A stretch of DNA of 64,000 nt from an uncultured Desulfatitalea sp. (GCA_963668675.2 CAXXMB010000002.1:1120001-1184000); one strand, 5' to 3'; shown: positions 47,471 through 57,932, counted from the first letter of the stretch. Made by a program: numbers and translations. Notes: generated by a model from the sequence alone, not told the origin.

Positions 47471-48385
47471 TCAGAACGGAGGAGGGGCCTGCATCCGATC
47501 CCAAAGATGAGCTACACGCTGGCGGGTGTTGAGCATATACGCCTGCTCGGGCTGTTTGGGCCAAGGCCTGGGGTCCCACTCTCCGGCTTTCACCCTGGCA
47601 GCGACAGTATCGATATCCCCCTTCTCTTCGGCCAAAAAGGCCTCGACCATGGAGCGGAAACGCCTGACACCGTCACGCGAACGACGCAAATACTCCCGGG
47701 CATCCTCCCCGGTCGCAACCATCTGATGGCCGGGGCATAACACTTCTGCATCCAGCCGTGCCAGGCGCTCCAGGTTCCTAAGGTAGCGATCGTAATCGAC
47801 CAGAAACTCAGGCTGGACATAACCGTGGCCATCGTCGCACCCCACCGCTTCCGATGCAATGAGGATTCGCAACGCAGCGATCCAGTAGCACATGAAGTCG
47901 CGGGTATGGCCGGGCGAATAGAGCGCTTGAATGGTAAGATCGGGAGCGAGTTCGAACAACTGATCCGGATCTGCGGCATGATCGATCTCAAATGGCTCGA
48001 AAGGCTGCTCGTACAAGGGGCCTTGATCCTGCATTTCGGCCAGGGCGATGGCATCTGCATTGAGGGCCGTGATCAGTTTGACTGCATTGGGCCGTCGCAG
48101 GATCTTCCGAGCACGGGCGGAAGCGACGATTTGCAGATCCGGCCACACCCGTTTGAAGTATCCAGCGGCCCCGATGTGGTCGAAATGGGCATGGGTCAAA
48201 AAGAGATAGCTTGGTTTCCGCTCTCCCAATATCGACCGGATATCGTTCACATAGCTGAAGGCATAGACGGTCATCCCTGCATCAAACAGGGCCGGGCGGG
48301 GACCGTCCAAAAGATAGACCGGCACCCCTGGGGTGCCGGTCACATAGAAATCTCGGGCCACTTGCCCGACGGTATCAAACTGCAT
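47471..48385 (-). CDS. MBL-fold metallo-hydrolase
   Basis: THAHFDH, SPGH, CPGH; start uncertain (up to 48427). Confidence 0.85.
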   Translation of the reverse strand: MQFDTVGQVARDFYVTGTPGVPVYLLDGPRPALFDAGMTVYAFSYVNDIRSILGERKPSYLFLTHAHFDHIGAAGYFKRVWPDLQIVASARARKILRRPNAVKLITALNADAIALAEMQDQGPLYEQPFEPFEIDHAADPDQLFELAPDLTIQALYSPGHTRDFMCYWIAALRILIASEAVGCDDGHGYVQPEFLVDYDRYLRNLERLARLDAEVLCPGHQMVATGEDAREYLRRSRDGVRRFRSMVEAFLAEEKGDIDTVAARVKAGEWDPRPWPKQPEQAYMLNTRQRVAHLWDRMQAPPPF

Positions 48386-48752
48386 AATTAAACAATCTTC
48401 AATCAGAGGTGGTGTTGAGGAAATCAATTGATGATATCCGTCGCATCGTCACCGATATAGCAGCGCAGTTAAACAAATATTTTCGGGGAAAGTCAATCCA
48501 TTTTACATGGCCATACAATATTCGATAATAGCATACAAAATCACACCGCAACGATCTGCACCAATTAAAACCGAATCGATTTATGCTGACAATGGAGGCG
48601 TTCCGATCGACTCCATCTTTGGGGCGTAAAGCAGTTGCGCCTCCAGTCGTTTCCACTCGCGAAGGTCGCGAAAGTGCCATACCCGGCGCACCGTCACGCC
48701 AGGAGAGGCTTTCACAGGCCGATGGTCAAGGAGGAATTATCGGCCGATCAGT

Positions 48753-50021
48753 TTATTCCTTGGTCAGCCTTTGAATCTCAAGATCGATGATTTTCTGAAG
48801 GGCCTCTTTATAGAGCCTGCCCCTGTAGCGCCGGTTGTTGATGTAGACGGTGGGGGTTCCGGTGATTCCCAATCCGCGCGCCTGCTCGACCTGCCACCGG
48901 AGGACCGTCAAGGTCTCCGGATGGTCCAGGCATTGCTCAAACTCAGGCAACGATAGCCCGGCCTGGGAGGCCAGGTCGCTCAGTTTCTCCCTATCAGGCC
49001 GGCCTTTTCTCGCCCCGAATGCCACCTGTTGGTAGGCTGCCAACCCACGCTGCCGGGCAGCACAGATAGCTCCCTTGGCGATCTCACAGGCCCCTTGGTG
49101 CATCGCCCGCCCCATGAAACGGTTGCAAGCGATATCCAGCGGATAGTTGACAAAGAGTAGCCGTACCTTTCCCGGATTGGCCGCCACCAGCTCCTCCAGG
49201 ACCGATGCGATATGGGCGCAGTAGGGGCACAGAAAGTCTGAGAACTCGACAATGGTCACCCGTGCGTCGGAATCACCGGCCACCCTTAGCGCCGGGGCGT
49301 AAATGGGCTCCTCCGGCTGGTTGGCGAAATCGGCGACAACGCGTCTGACCTCGCTCTTCTTGTGCGCGACAATGTAGTCGACCTTATGGCGTATAAGGGC
49401 CTGCTGGGCGGCGTAGGCCGACCCGGCTGCGGCCAAAAGGCCAGAACTGACGACGAGAATGGCCCCAAACTTCCGATATGCGCCATTCGCTGATGGCATG
49501 GAGCGCCACATGGATATCATCCTCAGCGGATTTGCGCGGATGCCGGCCAGAAACAGACCGGCGATGGCCAGTATGGCGCCACTGATGGCATAGGTCGCTA
49601 TGCAGATCGGACAGAAAGCGTCGATCAGAAATAGGCTGATACCCAATAGCATCATATCGGCAATTGCCCCCAGTGTAACCAGCCAGAAGAGAACGGAAGC
49701 GATCATCGCATGGATCGCTTTCGACGCCATCAGAAGGGCAAGCCCCAGAAAAAAAACGATCAGATAGAAGAAGAGCCCGTAGATGGCCATGGGAATACCG
49801 AAGAGCCGCGCATACTTCGATCTGGAGACAGTGGCGCAACTGAAGATCGAATCTTCATCGCCGCATACCTGGGAACTGATCCGGGTAAAGATACCCGGTT
49901 GACGGCCCTCATACTGCGGCAGATCGATGTAGTAATACTCTTCGGCAAGAATGAACGAGAAGAGCGCTCCGGCAAGCGCAAACAGCGCAATAAGAAGGAA
50001 GCAGATCGCACTTCTACCCAT
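48753..50021 (-). CDS. VKOR + DsbA/thioredoxin fusion
   Basis: VC...SCATV.RSKYARLFGIP, FCPIC; EFSDFLCPYC, GITGTPT. Confidence 0.88.
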   Translation of the reverse strand: MGRSAICFLLIALFALAGALFSFILAEEYYYIDLPQYEGRQPGIFTRISSQVCGDEDSIFSCATVSRSKYARLFGIPMAIYGLFFYLIVFFLGLALLMASKAIHAMIASVLFWLVTLGAIADMMLLGISLFLIDAFCPICIATYAISGAILAIAGLFLAGIRANPLRMISMWRSMPSANGAYRKFGAILVVSSGLLAAAGSAYAAQQALIRHKVDYIVAHKKSEVRRVVADFANQPEEPIYAPALRVAGDSDARVTIVEFSDFLCPYCAHIASVLEELVAANPGKVRLLFVNYPLDIACNRFMGRAMHQGACEIAKGAICAARQRGLAAYQQVAFGARKGRPDREKLSDLASQAGLSLPEFEQCLDHPETLTVLRWQVEQARGLGITGTPTVYINNRRYRGRLYKEALQKIIDLEIQRLTKE

Positions 50022-50033
50022 GACAGGATTCCC

Positions 50034-51347
50034 TCAATACATCAAATTAGGCAGAAAAAGAATGATTTGGGGGAAAACGGCGATGATGGCGATGCCGATC
50101 AGTATGGCCAGCATAAAAGGCAGGATGCCTTTAAAAATAGACTCCAGGGTAATCGAATCCTTCAGCCCCATGGCCACCCCATAGACGACGTAGACATTGA
50201 TGCCCACGGGCGGCGTGATCACCCCCATCTCGGTTACCATGACGATAATGATGCCGAACCAGATGGGATCATATCCCAACTGCAAAATGAGAGGAAAGAA
50301 GATGGGGACAGTCAGCATTACCAAGGCCAGCGAGTCCATGAAGCAGCCGCCCAGGAAGTAGACCATCACCACCAGGGCGAGAATCAGGATGGGCGGAAGA
50401 TCGAGGTGCTGGATCCATGCGGCGATATTGAAGGGAATGCGCGTCACGGCCATGAATTTGCCGAAAACCACTGCTCCGGCGATAAGCATCATCACCATGC
50501 ACGATGTCTTGAGCGTCTCATAGAGGGCCGCCCAGAAACGGTCCCAACTCAGCTGACGACGGGCAGTGGAGACCAGGACAACCCCCAGCACGCCGACCGC
50601 AGCAGCCTCGGTGGGCGTGAACCACCCAAAAAAGAGCCCACCCATCACAAGGGCAAAGACCGCAGCGGTCTCACCCAGATCCCGAATCGATTTGAGCCGT
50701 GTCATCCAGGAGAAGCATTCTCCCCGGGGACCTTGTCCGGGGGCGATGGTGCACCAAATCAAAATAGCGATACAGAACAGCACCGTAATCAGGATCGCCG
50801 GCACGATGCCGGCCACAAACAGCTTGCCAATGGACTGCTCAGTAAGAACGCCGTAGACGATCAACACCACGCTGGGGGGCATGATCATCCCCAGTCCACC
50901 GCCAGAAGCGACGGCACCGGCAGCCAATTCATCGGCGTACCCAAAGCGTTTCATCTCCGGCAACCCCACCGTCGCCATCGTGGCCGCCGTGGCCGGACTC
51001 GAACCGCATACGGCGCCGAATGCGGTGCAGGCCGATACCGTGGCAATGGCCAATCCGCCCCTCGTGCCGCCGAGAAAAGCATAGGCCGTATTGTACAAGC
51101 GCCGGCTGATGCCGCTGTTAAAGGCCAGCTGTCCCATGAGGATGAAGAGCGGAACCGTGGTCAAACCGTAGGAGGAGAAGACCGAATAGAACTCCTTGGC
51201 AAGAAGGTTGAGCGCCCCGTGGACGGAAACCACGATGCTGAAACCGACAAACCCGACCAGCGCCATTACATAGGAGACGGGCATGCGGGTCAAGAAGACC
51301 AGCACCATTAAAACAATACCGACAATACCAATGACTGTAGCGCTCAT
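50034..51347 (-). CDS. TRAP transporter large permease (DctM)
   Basis: PLFILMG, GGLAIA, GSSPATAA, PPS, TPTEAA, TPPVG. Confidence 0.93.
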   Translation of the reverse strand: MSATVIGIVGIVLMVLVFLTRMPVSYVMALVGFVGFSIVVSVHGALNLLAKEFYSVFSSYGLTTVPLFILMGQLAFNSGISRRLYNTAYAFLGGTRGGLAIATVSACTAFGAVCGSSPATAATMATVGLPEMKRFGYADELAAGAVASGGGLGMIMPPSVVLIVYGVLTEQSIGKLFVAGIVPAILITVLFCIAILIWCTIAPGQGPRGECFSWMTRLKSIRDLGETAAVFALVMGGLFFGWFTPTEAAAVGVLGVVLVSTARRQLSWDRFWAALYETLKTSCMVMMLIAGAVVFGKFMAVTRIPFNIAAWIQHLDLPPILILALVVMVYFLGGCFMDSLALVMLTVPIFFPLILQLGYDPIWFGIIIVMVTEMGVITPPVGINVYVVYGVAMGLKDSITLESIFKGILPFMLAILIGIAIIAVFPQIILFLPNLMY

Positions 51348-51829
51348 TTGCTTCTCAACCGTCCCAGCCCATCGACCACACCTTTGGCAATCACTGCGGA
51401 AAGCACAAGAAAGCATCCGGCCACAGCAAAGATGACCAGATATTCGGGAAGCTCCAGATTCATGGAGACCTCGCCAGACTGCTTCATACTGATCCCGTAA
51501 AGCGTCATTCGCCAGGCCACCACGATGAAGAGGGCAAAACTGATCATACCGGTGCACGCATCGATACAAATCCGCCGCTTTTCCGGCATCCGGCGCACAA
51601 ACAGCTCAACGCCGATATGGCCGCGGGTCTCATGGGTAAAGGGCAGCGCCATGGCCGCCGCCAAGACCCCCATGAAACCGACAATCTCAACCGATCCGAA
51701 AATGGGGCACTTGAAAAAACGACCGACCACATCGGCACATGTGAGCAGGCTCATCCCGGCCAGGCAGAGGGCGCCTCCCAATCTCAACACATTAGACAAA
51801 TATTCGATTATTTTAGATATTTTAGACAT
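51344..51829 (-). CDS. TRAP transporter small permease (DctQ)
   Basis: 4 TM, DVVGR, GHIGVE. Confidence 0.9.
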   Translation of the reverse strand: MSKISKIIEYLSNVLRLGGALCLAGMSLLTCADVVGRFFKCPIFGSVEIVGFMGVLAAAMALPFTHETRGHIGVELFVRRMPEKRRICIDACTGMISFALFIVVAWRMTLYGISMKQSGEVSMNLELPEYLVIFAVAGCFLVLSAVIAKGVVDGLGRLRSK

Positions 51830-51911
51830 AAAGCTGTTCCGTATCGAAAAAGGAATCGGCCCGGCGGTCGCATCGGACTGCCGGGCCGTTGCCGTCTCAT
51901 GTTCAGCTGTA

Positions 51912-52937
51912 CTATTTTTTCAGCGCTTGACGTATCGCCGCGATCACCTCTTTGCCGTTCAAGCCTTTCTTGTCCAAATCCGCGGCATACGCTTCGATCA
52001 TCGGCGCCACCGCAGCCTCCCAGCGGGCCGCCTCCTTGGCATCGATCTCGATGGTCGTATTGCCTTGATCGAAGAAAAATTTCAACCCCTCTTTGTCACT
52101 GCTGTCCCACGCTTCGCCATGCTTGACCGCCCACTCCTTGTTGATGGCCTGAATCACCTTCTGGTCCTTGGGATCCAGGGCCTTCCATTTGGCCTTGCTC
52201 ATGACGATAAAAAACGATGTGGTGTAAGCGACCGGATAGGCCAGGGTCACATAGTCGACCACCTCGCCCAGCTTCCAGCCCTTGTTGGTTTCGATGGGGT
52301 TGGCGCATCCATCCACCACCCCTTTCTGCAGGCTCTGGTACGACTCGGGCATGGGCATGGGCACCGGCGTGCCTCCCAGCGCCTTGACCGTCTGGGCGCT
52401 GATGCCGGTCGAGCGAATTTTCATCCCCTTCAAATCCTCCAGGGTGCGCACGGCCCGATCACGCGTGTGAATCAAGCCCGGCCCGTGGGCGTGCACATAC
52501 ATCAGCTGGGTATCGGCCAGCTCTTTGGGCGTAAAGCGCTCGTATACCATGTTGGCCGCCGCCGTTGCCGTTACGCCGTCGGGATAGCCCAGCGGCAGAT
52601 CGACCGCGCCCATCACCGGGAAACGGCCGCGGGTGTAAGCAAAAGCCGAAAAGCCGATATCGGCAATGCCATCCACCACGCCGTCATAGGTCTGTTTGGC
52701 CTTGGTCAGCGTCTGGCCGGCAAAGTACTGCACCTTGACACGCCCCTCAGTGCGACGCTCCACCTCCCGGCACCAGCTTTCGGCCAGTTGGCTCTGAATA
52801 TGGGTGGGCGGGAAAAAGTTGCTGTAGGTCAACTGGGTCGAACCGGCCAACGCCGACCCCGGCCAAATCGCTCCGGCAGCAACACCGATACACAGGACAG
52901 ACAAAACCATCGCGAACAAGTGTACGCTCTTTTTCAT
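51912..52937 (-). CDS. TRAP transporter substrate-binding protein (DctP)
   Basis: Signal peptide, DLKGMKIR, ALGGTPVPMPMPESYQSLQKGVVDG. Confidence 0.92.
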   Translation of the reverse strand: MKKSVHLFAMVLSVLCIGVAAGAIWPGSALAGSTQLTYSNFFPPTHIQSQLAESWCREVERRTEGRVKVQYFAGQTLTKAKQTYDGVVDGIADIGFSAFAYTRGRFPVMGAVDLPLGYPDGVTATAAANMVYERFTPKELADTQLMYVHAHGPGLIHTRDRAVRTLEDLKGMKIRSTGISAQTVKALGGTPVPMPMPESYQSLQKGVVDGCANPIETNKGWKLGEVVDYVTLAYPVAYTTSFFIVMSKAKWKALDPKDQKVIQAINKEWAVKHGEAWDSSDKEGLKFFFDQGNTTIEIDAKEAARWEAAVAPMIEAYAADLDKKGLNGKEVIAAIRQALKK

Positions 52938-53111
52938 GTGGTTATCCTCCTCACTCTTAGCGCAATGCAGATTCGACACAACAGACGGCATGAAGGCCGA
53001 CCAAACGAGCCTTGGAAGTTACCGCGCCAACAGCTGGATTGTCAACAATGGAGGCAGGGTACGCGCACATAAAAACAATTGAACTTGAAGCAAGTTTCGC
53101 AAAATTCAGAT

Positions 53112-53262
53112 TGTATGAAATTCGCTACACAACCAACTGCTTATGGGTATTTCATTTCTAAGATTATGAGTAGTTCACTTCATCCCATTTCGATTATATT
53201 TAATAATTATTCCTTAAAATCAATAAAATACAATGACGACAACTATTGGTCCGACTATTGCT
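53112..53262 (+). promoter_or_regulatory. Sigma54 promoter (TGGTCC-GACTA-TTGCT, 53247-53262) with candidate enhancer TGTA-N10-TACA (53112-53129)
   Basis: GG-N10-GC spacing; AT-rich spacer; upstream of a PEP-CTERM gene. Confidence 0.55.
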
Positions 53263-53342
53263 ATACAACTTCTATATGTCGACCATAAGTCACGACACGA
53301 AACGGGAACTGAAATAAAAAAGGCATTGGACATGGAGCAGAT

Positions 53343-54035
53343 ATGAAAAAACTTACTGTAGCCGCATTAACTCTGGCACTGCTTTTAATAGGCACTAACG
53401 GGTTTGCCATCACGATTGACATTTTTAAAGCCGACAATTCGGAAAGTATAAGCGATTGGATCAGCGCTCTTAACGGCGAAACAACCGTTCTCGAGAATTT
53501 TGAAAATATAGCGACCGGTTGGTACCCGGAGCTGACCACAAAGATAGGCACTTTTACAGCCGGCGGATCTGCCGGAGGCGGCGCAACCGCCTATCCGGGT
53601 TCCGACGGCCCCCAGTTTTCGATACGCGATAAGCCGTGGTATGGTCGGGGAAACACCACCGAAGACGGGTCCAAATACCTTGACTCCGGTGACATTACCG
53701 AACTTCGGCTGGAGTTGGCGCTATCGGTAACGAATCTATTCTTCTATCTGCAGGACCCATCCGATGTCGGAGCGACCACAACTGTTGAAGCGAACGGCAG
53801 CACTTCTGAATCATATACCCTTGGCAGCCAAGCCAACAACGGCTTGTTCTTCGTCGGCATTACCTCAAATACCCCACTGGACTCCATCTATTGGATCACC
53901 AGTAACAACAACGACGGATATGGTCTGGACGACTTATCGACCGTCGCACCGGTACCCGAACCCGCCACCCTGTTGCTGCTCGGCACAGGTCTTATCGGCA
54001 TTGCAGGCATATCGAGGAGAAAGCTGAAAAAATAG
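53343..54035 (+). CDS. PEP-CTERM sorting-domain surface protein
   Basis: Signal peptide; C-terminal VPEPATLLLLGTGLIGIAGISRRK. Confidence 0.93.
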   Translation: MKKLTVAALTLALLLIGTNGFAITIDIFKADNSESISDWISALNGETTVLENFENIATGWYPELTTKIGTFTAGGSAGGGATAYPGSDGPQFSIRDKPWYGRGNTTEDGSKYLDSGDITELRLELALSVTNLFFYLQDPSDVGATTTVEANGSTSESYTLGSQANNGLFFVGITSNTPLDSIYWITSNNNDGYGLDDLSTVAPVPEPATLLLLGTGLIGIAGISRRKLKK

Positions 54036-54113
54036 CCTAGATCAGGGGGAAGAGGCATTTCTCAATGTTACATCTGCGCCATCGGTTCAACCCAACCGAG
54101 GCGAAATAGACCA

Positions 54114-54158
54114 AAACAGCCAGGGCCTTTAAAAAACAGGCTCTGGCTTAGTTTTTTT
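54114..54158 (+). terminator. Probable bidirectional terminator
   Basis: AAAAC-AGCCAGGGCCT...AGGCTCTGGCT-TAG-TTTTTTT between convergent genes. Confidence 0.6.
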
Positions 54159-54181
54159 GGATGATATGGGTGATGTCTCGC

Positions 54182-54700
54182 TCAGGGCCGCACGCCCAGG
54201 GATTTGATATAGGCGATAATCTGCCAGCGCTCCTCTGCCGCGATCGTGGTGGCCAGGGCCGGTTGCCGGCCTCCGGGGATGCCATAGCTCACCTCATGAA
54301 AAATGCGGCCCGGGGAAAAATTTTGAATGCGTGCACTGCGCAGGTCACCGGGGGGAGGCGCAAAACTCTGGCCGACGGTTCCGTATCCGTCATAACCCGT
54401 CCCATGGCAGTGGACACAGTAGTAGCGATACCCCTGCTTTCCCCGTGCGATGGCACCCGCGCTGTCCAGACTGAAATCCGGTTTCAGGGTTTCGGGATCG
54501 GCCGTACGATAGAAGAGTTCACCTCCCGAGAAGGGAACGCTCACATTGGCCATCACCGGTATCGGCGCTTCATGGGGTCTGACCGCCGGCGTCTCCCACA
54601 TGCGGCCGACCTGAAGTGTCTCATCATAAAGGGTGATGGCAGCATAGGCGCCCAATAAAACTGCAATCACGATCAGGCCGACACATAAAATCCGTACCAT
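54182..54700 (-). CDS. Membrane-anchored monoheme cytochrome c (ActE-like)
   Basis: N-terminal TM; GRMWETPAVRP; CVHCHG.GYDGYG; EERWQIIAYIKSL. Confidence 0.75.
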   Translation of the reverse strand: MVRILCVGLIVIAVLLGAYAAITLYDETLQVGRMWETPAVRPHEAPIPVMANVSVPFSGGELFYRTADPETLKPDFSLDSAGAIARGKQGYRYYCVHCHGTGYDGYGTVGQSFAPPPGDLRSARIQNFSPGRIFHEVSYGIPGGRQPALATTIAAEERWQIIAYIKSLGVRP

Positions 54701-54704
54701 CTCT

Positions 54705-54932
54705 CTACTCCCCCTTATCGCCTCGGACGTGTTGCGGATAGGGCAACAACCGGTACACGGCATAGGGTGACGAGGCGGGCACATCCGGGACCGGCCGATA
54801 GGCCCAGGTGGGTTGTCCCATGTCCGACACCACGAAAAAAGAGAAGAGCCCCTTGAACAGGATGATAGCCAGCATGACGGCCAGCCATTTCCAGGTTCGC
54901 CATATGGATTCAGTATGTTCGATATGTGCCAT
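54705..54932 (-). CDS. Small single-TM protein in the oxidase cluster
   Basis: Tightly packed, co-directional; TM WLAVMLAIILFKGLFSFFVV. Confidence 0.6.
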   Translation of the reverse strand: MAHIEHTESIWRTWKWLAVMLAIILFKGLFSFFVVSDMGQPTWAYRPVPDVPASSPYAVYRLLPYPQHVRGDKGE

Positions 54933-54934
54933 GG

Positions 54935-55210
54935 CTATATTTTCACTCCCAACATCCCGTGCATCAGGATGTAAAAAAAACCCCAAATAAAGACGCCGGC
55001 TATGATCATGGTCATCACCAGGGGATAGGGTGCATTGCGGTCCTGAATACCTTCTCGGAAGCGCCCTACGATCTCGGTCATACGCCGCTGCGCATTTTCG
55101 GTACGGAAATGAGCAAAGGAGAGGGCCACACCGAAAACCAGCATAAAAAGCAGGCCGACGAAGATGTATCCCATCACGTGCTGAAAGTTGAGAAGGGCAA
55201 ATAGTCTCAT
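54935..55210 (-). CDS. Two-TM protein resembling the CcoP N-terminal membrane domain
   Basis: EGIQDRNAPYP followed by a TM resembles the CcoP/FixP DGIxExDNPxP motif; GGAGG RBS. Confidence 0.6.
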   Translation of the reverse strand: MRLFALLNFQHVMGYIFVGLLFMLVFGVALSFAHFRTENAQRRMTEIVGRFREGIQDRNAPYPLVMTMIIAGVFIWGFFYILMHGMLGVKI

Positions 55211-55300
55211 GCTTCCCTCCAGTCGTTTTCGGTTAACAGGACCTGACCGTCGGCCCAATTCGATTTTGGGCTAAAACGGCAACCCGCCCGCCCCGAACAG

Positions 55301-55561
55301 TTACTTGCTGAAATAGAGTGCATACAGCAACATTGCCGCACTGGCGGCCAACCCGGCAGCCGCCAGGAAGAAGAGGCCGTACACTTCAACCCGATGGGCT
55401 CGGGAGGCCTTTACCGAAGTTGCACCATCATCGTCCCGCAGCGGCAGAAAGCGGGCACGCTGCTGATCCTGGAACTGCCCGCTCTTCAACGCCCAGAAAA
55501 ATAGAACCAGGCTCACAACCAGGCCGATGCTGATGTATGCTATGAAATAAGGAAAATACAT
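55301..55561 (-). CDS. ccoS: cbb3 oxidase assembly protein CcoS-like (extended)
   Basis: LFFWALKSGQFQDQQRARFLPL. Confidence 0.8.
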   Translation of the reverse strand: MYFPYFIAYISIGLVVSLVLFFWALKSGQFQDQQRARFLPLRDDDGATSVKASRAHRVEVYGLFFLAAAGLAASAAMLLYALYFSK

Positions 55562-55604
55562 GATTCTTAGCTGTCAAATCTCCAATATTTATTCGAATCG
55601 AATT

Positions 55605-56540
55605 TTAAGGCTCATAAGAAGCGTCTATCCCCTTGGGCTCCGCATTGGCGTCGCTCTGATTGATAAAATAGACCGCCACGTAGTTGCCCACATCCCATAT
55701 TTTCTCCGACTCGAGATCCTTTTTGAAGTACGGCATGGCGGTACCGGTGATGCCGTTCATGATCTGGTAATAGAGAATTCCACCGCTCACCTCGCGATTC
55801 TTCAGGATCGTGAAGTTGAGCGGTGGTGGATAGATCCACGGTTGCGCCGGCCCCATACCGTCGCCCACCGGCCCGTGGCACCCCAGGCAAAAATCCTGAT
55901 AGATCTTCTGTCCCCGGGCCAAACCCGCTTCTGTCGTAGGATAGGGGTTGGGGATATCGCGCCAGCCCTGGGGGATATTTTCGCTGAGCCACCTCACGTT
56001 GGCATCCGGCCCCGCTTCATAAGCAGCCACGGCTTTGGCCTTCCAGTAATTCTGGCGGACCATGCGCTTGTCCGCATCCTTGAACCCCAGGCTCTGTACA
56101 TAGCGGATAAGCTCCTCCGTCTTTGGCTCGCCCAGAAAGGCGAAGGCGGGCATCAGCGAAAGGGGTCGGGTATAACGCGGATTGGCGAAGTGGGCCCAGT
56201 GCCAGTCGTCGGGATGCTCACCGCCGGCCTGGGAGAGATCTGGGCCGGTGCGCTGGGAACCGAGCAAGATCGGATAGTCGGCCACATAGTCGCCGGCCTG
56301 GGCGATGCGTTCGGCCCCAAATCCCCAGTCGATGGTGCGGATCGATTGGCTGTGGCAGTAGACGCATCCATTGGCGATGTAGAGCTTTCGCCCGGCAGCC
56401 TCCGGATCGCTGCGCTGCCGGAAGATCTCCGAAGGCGTTGTTTTGCTGGTGTGCGCATAGGGCAGCAATATCACGACGAAAACGATGGTTGCCAGTATAA
56501 GCAGACTGCCGACGACAACGGCGAGTGGGGTCATCTTCAT
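55605..56540 (-). CDS. ccoO: cbb3 oxidase subunit II fused to an extra cytochrome c domain
   Basis: GRKLYIANGCVYCHSQ, GSQRTGPDL, SLMP; second heme CLGCH...GTAMP. Confidence 0.88.
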   Translation of the reverse strand: MKMTPLAVVVGSLLILATIVFVVILLPYAHTSKTTPSEIFRQRSDPEAAGRKLYIANGCVYCHSQSIRTIDWGFGAERIAQAGDYVADYPILLGSQRTGPDLSQAGGEHPDDWHWAHFANPRYTRPLSLMPAFAFLGEPKTEELIRYVQSLGFKDADKRMVRQNYWKAKAVAAYEAGPDANVRWLSENIPQGWRDIPNPYPTTEAGLARGQKIYQDFCLGCHGPVGDGMGPAQPWIYPPPLNFTILKNREVSGGILYYQIMNGITGTAMPYFKKDLESEKIWDVGNYVAVYFINQSDANAEPKGIDASYEP

Positions 56541-57898
56541 GACTGCCCTCCCCTCCCGGCCAGCAGCGACCGTACGATGTTATAAAATCCCAGCACGGCC
56601 GAACCGAAGATCAGCAAGCCCAAGCCGGCCCGCGTGGCATAGTAGACATGTATCTCGGGCAGCACCCGATAGACCGTTTCACCGTTAAGCCAGGCATTGC
56701 CCTGGATCAACCCGGCGATGGTCAACACGATGGTAAAACCCACCACACCGATCAACACCAGCCAGTATTGAAAATCGGCCAGAAAGCGGCTGAAGAGCGG
56801 TTTGCCGGTCAACTTGGGAATGGTGTAGTAGAGGCCGCCCAGGGCGATCATGCCGGCAAACCCCAACACACCGATATGGGCATGGGCCACCACCCAGTTG
56901 TTGAAGTGGGTCACCCGCTGCACATCAGGCAGTGCCATGAACGACCCTTGTATGCTGACGAAAAAGTACATGATGGTCCCGGTGAAGACAAACTTCGCAC
57001 CGATGTCGGCATGAATCTCCCCCAGCTTGCCTTTGGCCGTGTACCAGATATTGATGAGGAAAGCCATTACCGGTATCACCATGGCGATACTGTCTACGAT
57101 AGCCACCACCTTGAGCCAGGTAGGGACCGGCACCTGCAGCAGATGGTGAGTGCCGATATGAGTATAGACCACGATCAGCGACCAGAAACCGAGCAGCGAC
57201 AAGGTGTGGCTGTAAAGCGGGTTGCGCGTCGCACGGGGGATAACGTAGTAGGCCACCCCGGCCGACAGCGGCGTCAGCAGCAATCCGAATACGTTATGAC
57301 CATAAAACCACAGTAGAATGGCATCCGGAATACCCACCAGGGCCCCGCTATCGGGCCGCCAGATCACGTTGCCCAAGGCGTAAGTGCTGGCCGTCAGAAT
57401 GCATCCGGCCAGGACGTACCAGACCGAGACATACAGGATGGACTCCTTGCGGTGCTTGACCGTCATAATGAAGTTGTAGAAAACCAGCAAAAAAGCAGCC
57501 ACAAACACCACATCGATGATCCAGATCAGTTCGGCGTACTCCCGTCCCTGGGTAAAACCCATCGCCAGGGTCGCCACCAGGGCGATCAGCGCACCGTTCC
57601 AGGCCGTCACCGTAAAGAGGCCCAGGCGTTCGCTGTAGAGTCGAGTGCCCAAAAGACGCGGGATGTAGTAGAAGGCCGCGCCCAAGAGACCCGGCGTGAC
57701 AAACCCGAACAGCACCAGGTTGACATGGGTGGGGCGCACCCGGCCAAAGACAATGCCGCCCATATTCTCCGTTATATCAGGCGCCATCAGTTCAGTTGCC
57801 CCCAACAACCCATAGAAGGTCGCCACCATCATCCAGAAACCGGAGGTCAGGCAGAAGGCCTTCGCCGTATGGTAATTCAATGGGGATTTATCTTCCAA
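56537..57898 (-). CDS. ccoN: cbb3-type cytochrome c oxidase subunit I
   Basis: FGRVRPTH, GREYAE, WFYGHN, YSHTLS, YTHIGTHHL, WVVAHAH. Confidence 0.9.
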   Translation of the reverse strand: MEDKSPLNYHTAKAFCLTSGFWMMVATFYGLLGATELMAPDITENMGGIVFGRVRPTHVNLVLFGFVTPGLLGAAFYYIPRLLGTRLYSERLGLFTVTAWNGALIALVATLAMGFTQGREYAELIWIIDVVFVAAFLLVFYNFIMTVKHRKESILYVSVWYVLAGCILTASTYALGNVIWRPDSGALVGIPDAILLWFYGHNVFGLLLTPLSAGVAYYVIPRATRNPLYSHTLSLLGFWSLIVVYTHIGTHHLLQVPVPTWLKVVAIVDSIAMVIPVMAFLINIWYTAKGKLGEIHADIGAKFVFTGTIMYFFVSIQGSFMALPDVQRVTHFNNWVVAHAHIGVLGFAGMIALGGLYYTIPKLTGKPLFSRFLADFQYWLVLIGVVGFTIVLTIAGLIQGNAWLNGETVYRVLPEIHVYYATRAGLGLLIFGSAVLGFYNIVRSLLAGRGGQS

Positions 57899-57932
57899 TC
57901 GAGCATATCTCCTGTCCCCCGTTTCCCGGGAG

